DNA of 64,000 nucleotides, from contig OY762463.1 of assembly GCA_963665815.1 (NCBI GenBank), positions 2,176,001 through 2,240,000 of the forward strand. Direction: 5' to 3'. The notes under the pieces were generated by a model. The model was not told the DNA's origin and did not search any database. It was given only the letters and a program-made list of their open reading frames with translations. Source of the stretch: Candidatus Cloacimonadales bacterium. GTDB lineage: Bacteria; Cloacimonadota; Cloacimonadia; Cloacimonadales; JAIOQZ01. Below are positions 48,609 through 57,771 of the stretch, one piece after another; positions within the stretch are counted from its first letter, which is position 1; every line of letters starts with the position of its first letter. The position numbers were made by a program, and so were the translations under genes.

Positions 48609-49418
48609 CTACACCTTCAGCATTTTCTCATCAGAACCGGAAATATAATTATCTATATTCACGTCCTCAATATCTCGTAGTTTTCTGATAGTCTCGGATA
48701 TTCTGTCTAACTGCTCCTCTATAACCGCATATTTCTTTCTTAGAGATTCATCCTGACACTTGAAAGAAAGCATTTGCAGGTTACCGGAAATTATCATAAG
48801 TGGATTGTTAATCTCGTGATTAAGACTTACAGCCATTGCTGAAACAGTTGCTTTTTGTTCAGCTTCAACGAGTTTATCTCTGGTTTCTTCTAGTTCTCTG
48901 TTAATGATTGAAATTTCCTCGTTGCGTTTCTCTAACTTTTCAATTGCATTGTTTCGTTCAATCAAACCGGTAATAAGAGTTGTAACAACCTGAAGAAATG
49001 GTTCAACATCCTCTGAGAAAGCATTACTTTTTGAATGTCCAAAGTTAACTACACCAACAAGCTGTTTTTCAATGAGCATAGGCAGAGACATGAATGATCG
49101 AACAATTTGCTTACTGTCCGGTGAGGATTTATGAAGATTATTGAGGATAACTGTTTTTTTTTCCTTTGCAACCCAGGCAGAAAATCCTTTCCCCATCTCA
49201 AAATTTACAAGTTGGATGAGGTCTACAACCTGACCGTATTCAGCAACCAGATTGATCTTTGCAGTATTGTGATCCAGCAGGAATATTGCTCCGTATTCAA
49301 AATCAATTACATCAAGGAGAATCTTGAAAATCTCATTGTAGTATTTCTTTCTGTTCTTCGACTCGAAGTGTTCAATAAGTCGAACTACTCTCAGGAATAT
49401 GTTTAAATTATCTTCCAT
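48609..49418 (-). CDS. GAF + HisKA protein lacking the ATPase domain
   Basis: GFSAWVA, RSFMSLPM..GVVNF GAF; SLNHEINNPL H-box; ends without G-boxes. Confidence 0.82.
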   Translation of the reverse strand: MEDNLNIFLRVVRLIEHFESKNRKKYYNEIFKILLDVIDFEYGAIFLLDHNTAKINLVAEYGQVVDLIQLVNFEMGKGFSAWVAKEKKTVILNNLHKSSPDSKQIVRSFMSLPMLIEKQLVGVVNFGHSKSNAFSEDVEPFLQVVTTLITGLIERNNAIEKLEKRNEEISIINRELEETRDKLVEAEQKATVSAMAVSLNHEINNPLMIISGNLQMLSFKCQDESLRKKYAVIEEQLDRISETIRKLRDIEDVNIDNYISGSDEKMLKV

Positions 49419-49510
49419 TTCTTTCTCTATCCGACAATAGCTGTCCGGTTTGTTGCAGTATTAAATTCCTTATTGCGTTAATGTCTATTTCTGTAGTGCT
49501 TTCACTTAAC

Positions 49511-49537
49511 ATATCGTCAATTTTAGATTTTAGTTCA
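49511..49537 (-). promoter_or_regulatory. Candidate sigma-28 promoter
   Basis: TGAA-N15-GACGATAT vs consensus TAAA-N15-GCCGATAT. Confidence 0.4.
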
Positions 49538-49556
49538 TCTTTTTTTCTATCAATCA

Positions 49557-50579
49557 TTAATCGCCCTTAATAATGTCATAAGTAAATCGACAATTATCTA
49601 CTTTTTCATTATATAATGTATCCATTGATAGAAGCTCGTTTGAAAGCTCTTTATAGTACCTCATCGCATAACTGTTGGTAACTCCAATAGTCAGCAGATT
49701 TTCCTGCCGGGAGTCTAACCTGAGTCTTATTCCTTCGTATATCTCAGATTCATATATACACTGAGATGAGTTAATGTTATTCTCAGTTAAACAACCTGCA
49801 ATCGAGTCTTCAGTTACTACCCATACAATAGTGTAACAGCAATCATGAGATTTCAATATGTTATTTATGTAAGATAAATTTTCAGATAACTCTCTGAATT
49901 GATCAATCCTGCTTTGAGATTCCATAAGTATATTGTTTTCATCCATCAGTTCTAAAAATTGAAGAAATCTATTATTTGACGGACATGGATCTTTCATGAA
50001 AAAGTATCTTATCAAATCTTCATACTCAGGATTATACCTGTAACTTAATTTTTCAGTTTTTTTCGAATATAATCCGGCAAGTTTTCCAATCATATCTCTA
50101 TCAATCCTGACTGATTCGAGAATTGCGCTTAAGGGAATAATATCAGAGTGGTATACAGCGTTTCCAATATTAAGCAGATTGATTAATTCTCCGTTTGCTT
50201 CAGTTCCAAAATGCTCCAGTACAAAATCTGTAATTTCTGCATTTCCACCAAAATAGCCTATACCATTCTGATGAGCAAAATTAACTGCTTTAGATAGGGA
50301 ATCATTGTTATCAGTTAGAAGTTTGAGATGAAGTTTTGGCTTTTTACTCTCTATTTTAACCAGAATTTTCTTGTTTGAGAATTTAAGATGTGATTCAGCG
50401 AGCATCTGCTTACCGAGAAGATGAATAAGATACATGTTTTCTGAGGCAGCTCTGAGGATTCTTGCCGGTATTACTTCTCCTACATGTACTTTATCTGCAA
50501 TGTCTTTCAGAGAACCAAGTTTTCCCGAGCTCTCCATTCTGTTTGTTCTACCGGTTGAAGAGCTGCTTTTACGGATCAT
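49557..50579 (-). CDS. Hypothetical protein
   Basis: 340-aa ORF in operon with the sigma-28 gene; N-terminus loosely resembles N-terminal domains of FliK-like proteins. Confidence 0.7.
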   Translation of the reverse strand: MIRKSSSSTGRTNRMESSGKLGSLKDIADKVHVGEVIPARILRAASENMYLIHLLGKQMLAESHLKFSNKKILVKIESKKPKLHLKLLTDNNDSLSKAVNFAHQNGIGYFGGNAEITDFVLEHFGTEANGELINLLNIGNAVYHSDIIPLSAILESVRIDRDMIGKLAGLYSKKTEKLSYRYNPEYEDLIRYFFMKDPCPSNNRFLQFLELMDENNILMESQSRIDQFRELSENLSYINNILKSHDCCYTIVWVVTEDSIAGCLTENNINSSQCIYESEIYEGIRLRLDSRQENLLTIGVTNSYAMRYYKELSNELLSMDTLYNEKVDNCRFTYDIIKGD

Positions 50580-50589
50580 AGTGAATCAG

Positions 50590-52158
50590 CTAATCCTGCA
50601 TTTTTAAAATAAAATCTACTTCACTTTGTGATATTTTTAATTCCTTAGCAATCTCTTCGATACCCCAATCCTGCTGAGACATTTTTACAACCATTTTACG
50701 TATGTAGTCATCATTGGCAAAAGTTTCCGAATCATCTTCTTCCGGCTCAGCCAGTTTACTCTGTTCATACTCAAGTAATTCTTCTTCTTCTTCCGGTGTA
50801 AGTTTTTCAGTAATGATTGGAGGATTATACACGTCCATATCTTCCTGATCGGAATATGTTTCTTCAGATTCCGGTTCTTCCTCCATGTTATCTTCAGATG
50901 CATCATCTTCGATCTTTTCCCCTTCGGAAGACGCCCATTTACCGATCGGTTCATTGTATGAGTCTTTTACAAGGTTTTCATGATAGTTTATATCATCAAT
51001 TGTGAAATCCCCTGTCATTTGAGATATTCTCTTGTTATAGTATATCATAAGCAGGAAGAAGACAATTGTGCCAAAAGCTATTGTAATAATCAATGCCATC
51101 CAGAGTTTAATCTCAATACTCATGAATCCGGACTCAGACATGACACCTGTATCCTGATCAGAGTCAGACAGGAAGCTTCGGAATAACTTTGCATTTTCTA
51201 TATCACCTTTAAGAGTATAAATCTCTGCAAGTTCCTTATATGACTGCTTTTTGAGAGAAGAATCCTCTGAAATACGTTTCAGGAGTTCCACAGCATAGTC
51301 ATAGTCTTTTACAAATTTTGCAGCAACAGCAACTATGAACAGTTTTGAGTCATCTGAATCAGTTTGATAGAAAAATTTTTGATATTTATCGTAAATCATT
51401 ATATCTTTTTGAGCAAGAGTTTTAATATCAGGCACGGATTCGTTTACAGGAACAACATTTGTAACTTTCTTTTGTTTCGCGGTATTATTTGTGTTTTTTC
51501 TTGGATTCTGTTTCTGCGGTTGAACAAGGGCATTGAGTTTTTTCAGTTCCTCCTGTGCATCAGTGTATTCGGGGTACTTTTTATCGACCATTCTGAAATG
51601 CTGGATTGCTGCGGAATTATTTCTTTTTGTAAGAAGTATTTTTCCCCAGTAGTAATGAATATAGTTGACTTTAGTATCAGGAATTGATCTTATTAAGCGG
51701 TGTGCTTTATTCTTTAGTCCTACCTTGTAATAGAATCTGGCAAAAGATGCTTTTTCTTCATCTGTTTCCGGTTTGATACCGGAATATATATCCAGAACAA
51801 TCTTGAAAGAATTCTTTTCATTGAGTATTGAGTATTTCAGATGAAATGCTCTGTTAGTTTTGATAACGATATTCAGTCCGTCATTGTTGTTCTTCTGAAT
51901 GACAGCTTTATCAATCATCATTGCATCCGGATAAGATTTTGTATCTACACCGGATTTGTTGCCGCAGGCATTTACCTGTACTGTAATCATCTTATTTTTT
52001 GAGTTACTGACAACCTTATATTCTGGTTTCTTACTGAATTGAAGTACTGTTCTGTTTACATAACCGAAATCACCATAGTAAATTCGGTTAAGGTTTACTT
52101 GTGAAAAAAGTGCTGAGCAGACAATTGTCAGGACTAATACGAAAAAAGTTCTTTTCAT
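50590..52158 (-). CDS. Bitopic membrane protein: AMIN-like + TPR exterior, acidic linker and HTH-like cytoplasmic tail
   Basis: Signal peptide, RTVLQF..KIVLDI, TPRs, TM LWMALIITIAFGTIVFFLLMIYY, IEEIAKELKISQSEVDFIL. Confidence 0.72.
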   Translation of the reverse strand: MKRTFFVLVLTIVCSALFSQVNLNRIYYGDFGYVNRTVLQFSKKPEYKVVSNSKNKMITVQVNACGNKSGVDTKSYPDAMMIDKAVIQKNNNDGLNIVIKTNRAFHLKYSILNEKNSFKIVLDIYSGIKPETDEEKASFARFYYKVGLKNKAHRLIRSIPDTKVNYIHYYWGKILLTKRNNSAAIQHFRMVDKKYPEYTDAQEELKKLNALVQPQKQNPRKNTNNTAKQKKVTNVVPVNESVPDIKTLAQKDIMIYDKYQKFFYQTDSDDSKLFIVAVAAKFVKDYDYAVELLKRISEDSSLKKQSYKELAEIYTLKGDIENAKLFRSFLSDSDQDTGVMSESGFMSIEIKLWMALIITIAFGTIVFFLLMIYYNKRISQMTGDFTIDDINYHENLVKDSYNEPIGKWASSEGEKIEDDASEDNMEEEPESEETYSDQEDMDVYNPPIITEKLTPEEEEELLEYEQSKLAEPEEDDSETFANDDYIRKMVVKMSQQDWGIEEIAKELKISQSEVDFILKMQD

Positions 52159-52169
52159 GAATTCCTCGG

Positions 52170-52943
52170 TTATAACAAATCCTCTATTTTATGATATTCC
52201 AACATGTTTCTGAGCTTTATCAATGCAGAAGAGTGCATCTGAGATATTCTCGACTCTGAAACATCGAGTACTTTTCCAATTTCTTTTAAAGTTAATTCTT
52301 CATAGTAATATAGTGAAATTACCAGTTTTTCTCTGTCCGGGAGCTGACTGATAGCATTGATAATATTATCACGCAGCTTTTTCTGCATAAGCTGAGTTTC
52401 AAGATCAACGTCATTATCGTCTTCGATCACATCGACAATACTGATTTTAGATCCGTCTCCCTCCTGATGAATAGCAGCATCAAGAGATCCAAGAAATAAT
52501 GGTCCCAGATTATCTGTAATCTGATAATATGCTTCGACAGAAATTTCCAGTTCCTCAGCAATCTCATCATCACTCGGCATTCTGCCAAGTTTTGCGAAGA
52601 GTGAGTGAATCGCAGAATCTATTCTTTTTGATTTCTGCCTGATAGAACGGGGCACCCAGTCAGTTCTTCGGATCTCATCAATTATAGCTCCGCGAACCCT
52701 GATGGTTGCCAGTGTTTGAAACTCAACCCCTTTGGACAAGTCAAATCTTTCAATTGCTTCCAGCAGCCCAATAACACCAGCACTATACAGATCATCTCTT
52801 TCGAGATTGCCTGACGAAAACACAATAAATCTGTTTGCCAGATAATGAACAATCCTGAGATATTTCTCAACAATTCTTTCCAGCAATTCCCGTCTTCCGG
52901 TCTTCTGATACAATTCCCAAAGTTTTCTTTCTTCAGAGTTCAT
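52170..52943 (-). CDS. fliA: FliA/WhiG family RNA polymerase sigma-28 factor
   Basis: RVRGAIIDEIRRTDWVPRS, LYYYEELTLKEIG.VLDVSESRISQ.HS. Confidence 0.92.
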   Translation of the reverse strand: MNSEERKLWELYQKTGRRELLERIVEKYLRIVHYLANRFIVFSSGNLERDDLYSAGVIGLLEAIERFDLSKGVEFQTLATIRVRGAIIDEIRRTDWVPRSIRQKSKRIDSAIHSLFAKLGRMPSDDEIAEELEISVEAYYQITDNLGPLFLGSLDAAIHQEGDGSKISIVDVIEDDNDVDLETQLMQKKLRDNIINAISQLPDREKLVISLYYYEELTLKEIGKVLDVSESRISQMHSSALIKLRNMLEYHKIEDLL

Positions 52944-52975
52944 GAGTTCCCCATATTTTCATAATCGTACACAAC

Positions 52976-53130
52976 GAGAGCTTTGCATAATAGCAACACC
53001 AAGCAGCTCTGGCGTAAAAGCTTCGATAAGATTTTCAAATTCATCAAGGGCTTCTTATATAAGCATATTTTGAGACAAAAATTGATGAATTAGAAAATCG
53101 AATCAACTAAACCAATTATGCAAAGATCTC
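52976..53130. mobile_element. 155-bp MITE with 16-bp imperfect TIRs and 5-bp target duplication
   Basis: GAGAGCTTTGCATAAT...ATTATGCAAAGATCTC flanked by ACAAC on both sides. Confidence 0.8.
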
Positions 53131-53215
53131 ACAACGAATAATAAGATAACCCCGTTGTTATGTCAAATGAAACTTATCGCAGAAGTAAAATTTGTGTGAT
53201 TTCGTTGTTGAAAAA

Positions 53216-53246
53216 TAAAAAAACCTGCCGGATTTCCGGCAGGTCA
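53216..53246 (-). terminator. Intrinsic terminator of the C10 protease gene
   Basis: ACCTGCCGGA-T-TTCCGGCAGGT hairpin with T-run on minus strand. Confidence 0.85.
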
Positions 53247-53282
53247 ATGCTCTTGATTTGCTTTTTGCTTCTTAGGAATTCA

Positions 53283-55922
53283 TTACTTTAAAACTGTTAA
53301 CTTACATGTTTTTGTAAAAGAACCAGAGCTGATTTTATAAAAATAAATTCCTGATCCGACCTGATTATCTCTTTCGTCCTTCCCCAGCCACTTTATTGAG
53401 TGGCTGCCTTTGTCAAAATTTCTATCAACCAGATTTCTAACAATCTGACCCTTCAAGTTATATATTTTTACTCTTACATTTGTGTTGTCTTCATTTATGT
53501 TGAATGATATATTTGTTTCCGGATTACATGGATTAGGATAGTTTCCTTTGAATTCAAAAGGAACTACAGATTCTTCAGGTAATACCGGACCTGTAAGTTG
53601 GTTTCCGTTGTTCTCCATGATATTACCACTGAAGTCACCTACATATATTTTATATCCTGCCCAGTTACCCATGTAAATAGAGCTTTTATCAAAATCATAT
53701 CTATAATACAGTCTTCCGTCGGGGGCTTGACCAAGATAGTCATCTGTTCCATCTGAATCAAAGTCACCAATAAACAAGCTATATCCGCTCCAGTTACCTA
53801 TGTAGGAAGAGCTCTGATCAAAATCGTGCCTGTAGTACAACCTGCCATCAGGAGCATGACCAAGATAATCATCTTTACCATCACCATTGAAATCACCTAT
53901 GTAAAGTGTATATCCGCTCCAGTTACCTATATATGTTGAGTTTTGATTAAAATCATATCTGTAGTATAGTTTACCGTCAGGGGCATGACCGAGATAGTCA
54001 TCTTTGCCATCACCATTAAAATCACCTATGTAAAGTGTATATCCGCTCCAGTTACCTATATATGTGGAATTCTGAGTGAAGTCCGGTCTGTGATAAAGCC
54101 TACCGTCAGGGGCATGACCGAGATAATCGTCTTTGCCGTCACCATTAAAATCACCAACATATATTTTATATCCGCTCCAGTTACCTATGTATGTAGAACT
54201 CTGGTCAAAGTCATGTCTGTAATATAGTCTTCCATCAGGAGCCTGACCAAGATAATCATCTTTGCCATCACCATTGAAATCACCGGTGTACAGTTTATAA
54301 CCTGCCCAGTTACCTATATAAGTAGAGCTGGAATTCAAGTCATACCTGTAATACAGTCTCCCGTCAGGAGCATGGGCCAGATAGTCATCTTTACCATCAC
54401 CGTTAAAATCACCAACATGAATAGTATAACCGCTCCAGTTTCCAATATATTGAGAATCTTCGCCGAACTGTTCTTTAAGGTACATATAGCCAGTGTAATA
54501 ACTTTTTGCAATGAAATTCATCCCCTGCTTGAGTGCCAGTATAAGAAAGTCTACTTCTATGTATAATCCATCTGAATCTGTAGAACGAACTTTGATATTG
54601 TATGATGATTTTAAATCTGCATCAACATTGTGAGCGAGAACAAGTGAATTACCTGAGATTGTGAAGTAACTGTTATCAGATGCTGTTCCGGGAAGAGAAT
54701 AGGTAAATGTATCTCCGGGATTACTGTCTGTTGTTGAAAGTACACCAACAACATCTCCCGAAACATTTCCATTCATTACTATTTTATATGAGAGTTCAAT
54801 ATCTGTAGGAGCAAGTGGTCCTGCAGGCTGCAGTCCGACAAATGCTCCTTGTGAACTTGTAAAGTTCATTGAGCCCGGAGTAAGATCAGTTATAAGAAAA
54901 TATCCATTGTAGTAACCTCCCCATCCCCAATTCAGGTGGAAATAGTTACTGGAATTGTAGCCATCAACGTTAAAAGCGTGTCCGCCTGTACCGTAACCAT
55001 GATAATAAAGCGGTCTGCCTGCATTCAGTTCTGTTTTGAGAACATTGATCCAGCCTGTTGTTGAATAACTGTTTTTGTATGCTAATCTTGCAGATGAATC
55101 ATAACCAAAGTATGTCTTCAATGATGACAATGCCATTGATGAATATGCTCCTGAACCGCTTGGACTGTAGTCCATGTTTACTGAAACTCCTAAGTGTCTC
55201 AGAAGTTTAGCTATTTCATCGTTACCATAACCTGTTGGCATACCAGCCCAGTCATAAGTAGTATTAAAATTCGCTGACTGAGTTCCATATGTACTGTGAT
55301 AGTAGCTATGTGAACCTGTTCCCTGTGTAGGATAATTATAAAACTTCATTACCTGAGCCATAGCTGTGGCAACACAACCTGCCCAGACATGTCCACCTGA
55401 TCCTCCGCTTGATGTTGACGGACAATACTTGTTGTATGGCCAACCCTGATTCCATGTTGTGGAAAGCAGAGGAGATACCGCATCTCTATCATTCATCAAT
55501 GATGGAATGTCATTGCTGTCATACGCCTGCCACTTCTGAGCTGCAAGTGAATTCTGCATATTGTTTTCTCTGGCATAAATGATTTCTTCAGTCCAGGAAG
55601 TGAACATTTCTTTCAATGCCGGATGATCATTATAATCTGTTAAACCACTTTCGGTTGAGTAGCCTATAATAGGTTCTGCTGAATCATCACAAGACACAAT
55701 CACAAAAGAGTCATCATTAAACTCGACTTCTATAAACAAAGTATCTGCACCTTTTACATGGTACCTTCTTAAACTTATCACACCATCTGTATTAGTAAAT
55801 GCCCTGAACGCTTTTTCTGCAATCCTGACAGCCTTGTCTGTTGATACAGGTGCTGAAAACAGTGATACAAAAACTGTCATCAGAATTAACATCATTAATC
55901 CATGTTTCTCTAATCTTCTCAT
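53283..55922 (-). CDS. Secreted C10 (streptopain/SpeB-like) cysteine protease with cadherin-like, FG-GAP/VCBS repeats and C-terminal sorting domain
   Basis: WNQGWPYN, AGCVATAMAQ, GHAFNVDGY, HLNWGWGG; GDFNGDGKDD repeats; NYPNPCNP CTD. Confidence 0.92.
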   Translation of the reverse strand: MRRLEKHGLMMLILMTVFVSLFSAPVSTDKAVRIAEKAFRAFTNTDGVISLRRYHVKGADTLFIEVEFNDDSFVIVSCDDSAEPIIGYSTESGLTDYNDHPALKEMFTSWTEEIIYARENNMQNSLAAQKWQAYDSNDIPSLMNDRDAVSPLLSTTWNQGWPYNKYCPSTSSGGSGGHVWAGCVATAMAQVMKFYNYPTQGTGSHSYYHSTYGTQSANFNTTYDWAGMPTGYGNDEIAKLLRHLGVSVNMDYSPSGSGAYSSMALSSLKTYFGYDSSARLAYKNSYSTTGWINVLKTELNAGRPLYYHGYGTGGHAFNVDGYNSSNYFHLNWGWGGYYNGYFLITDLTPGSMNFTSSQGAFVGLQPAGPLAPTDIELSYKIVMNGNVSGDVVGVLSTTDSNPGDTFTYSLPGTASDNSYFTISGNSLVLAHNVDADLKSSYNIKVRSTDSDGLYIEVDFLILALKQGMNFIAKSYYTGYMYLKEQFGEDSQYIGNWSGYTIHVGDFNGDGKDDYLAHAPDGRLYYRYDLNSSSTYIGNWAGYKLYTGDFNGDGKDDYLGQAPDGRLYYRHDFDQSSTYIGNWSGYKIYVGDFNGDGKDDYLGHAPDGRLYHRPDFTQNSTYIGNWSGYTLYIGDFNGDGKDDYLGHAPDGKLYYRYDFNQNSTYIGNWSGYTLYIGDFNGDGKDDYLGHAPDGRLYYRHDFDQSSSYIGNWSGYSLFIGDFDSDGTDDYLGQAPDGRLYYRYDFDKSSIYMGNWAGYKIYVGDFSGNIMENNGNQLTGPVLPEESVVPFEFKGNYPNPCNPETNISFNINEDNTNVRVKIYNLKGQIVRNLVDRNFDKGSHSIKWLGKDERDNQVGSGIYFYKISSGSFTKTCKLTVLK
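53630..54450 (-). repeat. Intragenic 129-bp (43-aa) tandem repeat, about 6.4 copies
   Basis: CCAGTT anchors at 53661, 53790, 53919, 54048, 54177, 54306, 54435. Confidence 0.93.
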
Positions 55923-55957
55923 GGTTTCCTCCAGAAGCAAAAATTCAATTATACTAA

Positions 55958-55974
55958 TGCAATCTCAAAGCCAA
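55958..55974 (-). promoter_or_regulatory. Sigma-54 (-24/-12) promoter of the C10 protease gene
   Basis: TTGGCTTTGAGATTGCA = GG-N10-GC, about 35 bp upstream of ATG. Confidence 0.7.
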
Positions 55975-56026
55975 TGAGATGGAGAAATCCTTGAATGGAA
56001 AATAAAGATATGCAGGATGTTTGATA

Positions 56027-56042
56027 GTGCCAAATTTGACAC
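56027..56042. promoter_or_regulatory. Candidate enhancer (UAS) palindrome
   Basis: GTGCCAAATTTGACAC, 7 of 8 pairs. Confidence 0.5.
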
Positions 56043-56133
56043 TTCTTAACAAATGTAAAATCCTTGAAGAGACAATTATTGTAAACTATATTGCTTTTTT
56101 GGTTTATTTCAACCGGTTTAAGTCAACCGGCGG

Positions 56134-57543
56134 TTATTCTAAACCATGTGTTCTGATTTTACTTCTTAGAGCACTTCTGGAAAGCTTCAGATAGGCTGCC
56201 GTTCTTGTTTTATTGTTATTATGTTTCGCCAGAGCTTTTCTTATGATTTCTCTTTCCAGATCTTTGATCGAAAAGGCTTTGTCCGGCAAAGTGAATTCCG
56301 AAATACATACTGTTTCAACAGTTTTACTGGCAGATTTAAATGACAAACCGAATGTTTCAATGTAATTATCTCGAGTAAAGAATGATACGCGTTCAACAAC
56401 ATTTCTCAGTTCTCGAACATTACCGGGCCAGTTGTATCCCAGTAACTCGTTTCTGGCATTATCTGACATTATAATTTTGTCCTGAGTTCTCAGGAATTTT
56501 CTCAGGAAATAATCTGTAAATCTTAGAATTTCATCTCTACGTTCTCTTAAAGGCTTAAGGTGTATTCTGGCGACAGCTATTCTGTAAAACAAATCTTCTC
56601 GAAATGACCTGTTTTTCGCCAGTTCACCCAAGTCTTTATTTGTCGCAGCGATAATTCTTACATCTGTTTTGATTTTTTTCAATCCTCCAAGCCTGTAAAA
56701 ACTTTTCTCCTCCAGCACTCTGAGAAGTTTTGCCTGAATCTGGAGTGGCATTTCAGCAATTTCATCGAGAAAGATAGTACCTTTTTGAGCCAGCTCAAGC
56801 TTTCCGATTTTTCCGGAATCAAGCCCCCCTGTGAAGGTTCCTTTTTCATAACCGAAAAGTTCAGCTTCGAACAGTGTTTCAGGTATGGCTGCACAGTTAA
56901 GAGCTACAAATGGATTACTATTCCCATCTATACCGTTATGAATCAGCCTGGCAATCAATTCTTTACCAGTACCTGTTTCACCTTCAATTATCGTGGAAAT
57001 CTGTCTGCTATGACTGAGTTCAAGAGCTGTTTTCTGAATTCCAGCCGACTCATCTGAGAAAATCTGATAATTATCAATATCACCACTTCCGACCTCCATG
57101 TTTGCCAACCGTTTCCTGAATTTTTCCAATTCAGAATCAAAATCTGCAGTAAGTTTTTTGTTTTCCCTCAGCAATGCCTGATGCTCAGCAGTTTTATCTA
57201 TTGCAGCCGAGATTTCATCCAGATCAACCGGTTTGACGATATAGTCGTAAGCACCTTGCTTCAGAGCTTGAATTGATGATTTGACATCAGGTAAACCTGT
57301 CATGAGAATAACATCACAATCAGTAATCTGCTTATCATTTTTGATATAGTCCAGAAGCTCAAGACCTGATTTGCCCGGCATGTTTATATCCGAGATAACC
57401 AGAAAATAGCTGTTATTATTCATTAGTTCAACTGCTCCTTTATAAGAAAAAGCCATATCACATCTAAACTCATATTTCTCATCGATATACTCTTTGAGCA
57501 TACTGCAAATTTCTTTCTGGTCATCTACTATAAGTATTCTCAT
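56134..57543 (-). CDS. Sigma-54-dependent response regulator (REC-AAA+-Fis HTH)
   Basis: GETGTGKE, ELFGYEKGTFTGG, FLDEI, WPGNVREL, NKTRTAAYL. Confidence 0.94.
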   Translation of the reverse strand: MRILIVDDQKEICSMLKEYIDEKYEFRCDMAFSYKGAVELMNNNSYFLVISDINMPGKSGLELLDYIKNDKQITDCDVILMTGLPDVKSSIQALKQGAYDYIVKPVDLDEISAAIDKTAEHQALLRENKKLTADFDSELEKFRKRLANMEVGSGDIDNYQIFSDESAGIQKTALELSHSRQISTIIEGETGTGKELIARLIHNGIDGNSNPFVALNCAAIPETLFEAELFGYEKGTFTGGLDSGKIGKLELAQKGTIFLDEIAEMPLQIQAKLLRVLEEKSFYRLGGLKKIKTDVRIIAATNKDLGELAKNRSFREDLFYRIAVARIHLKPLRERRDEILRFTDYFLRKFLRTQDKIIMSDNARNELLGYNWPGNVRELRNVVERVSFFTRDNYIETFGLSFKSASKTVETVCISEFTLPDKAFSIKDLEREIIRKALAKHNNNKTRTAAYLKLSRSALRSKIRTHGLE

Positions 57544-57771
57544 TTAATTCCCTGTAATTTTATTTAAATTATCATATGAATAAACAGCATTATTTGTCCA
57601 TAAAAATTAATTCACAAAGTTAGTATTGAACAAAATAATCATGAAACCACATCAATTATCATATTGTCCTTACTCGTGTTTATCCAAAAAAATAATGCTC
57701 AAAATGCATTTACATATTGACATTTTATCTTATTCTTAAGCAATCTAAGAAAAATATTTTCAGGAGATGAT

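Noticed and set aside
48384-53130. Composite transposon carrying the sigma-28 module
   Set aside because: Each element has its own flanking duplication, outer flanks do not match, and no transposase is present; independent insertions are more parsimonious
53630-54450. CRISPR or DGR template/variable repeats
   Set aside because: In-frame protein repeats with differences at all base types; no reverse transcriptase or cas gene in the window
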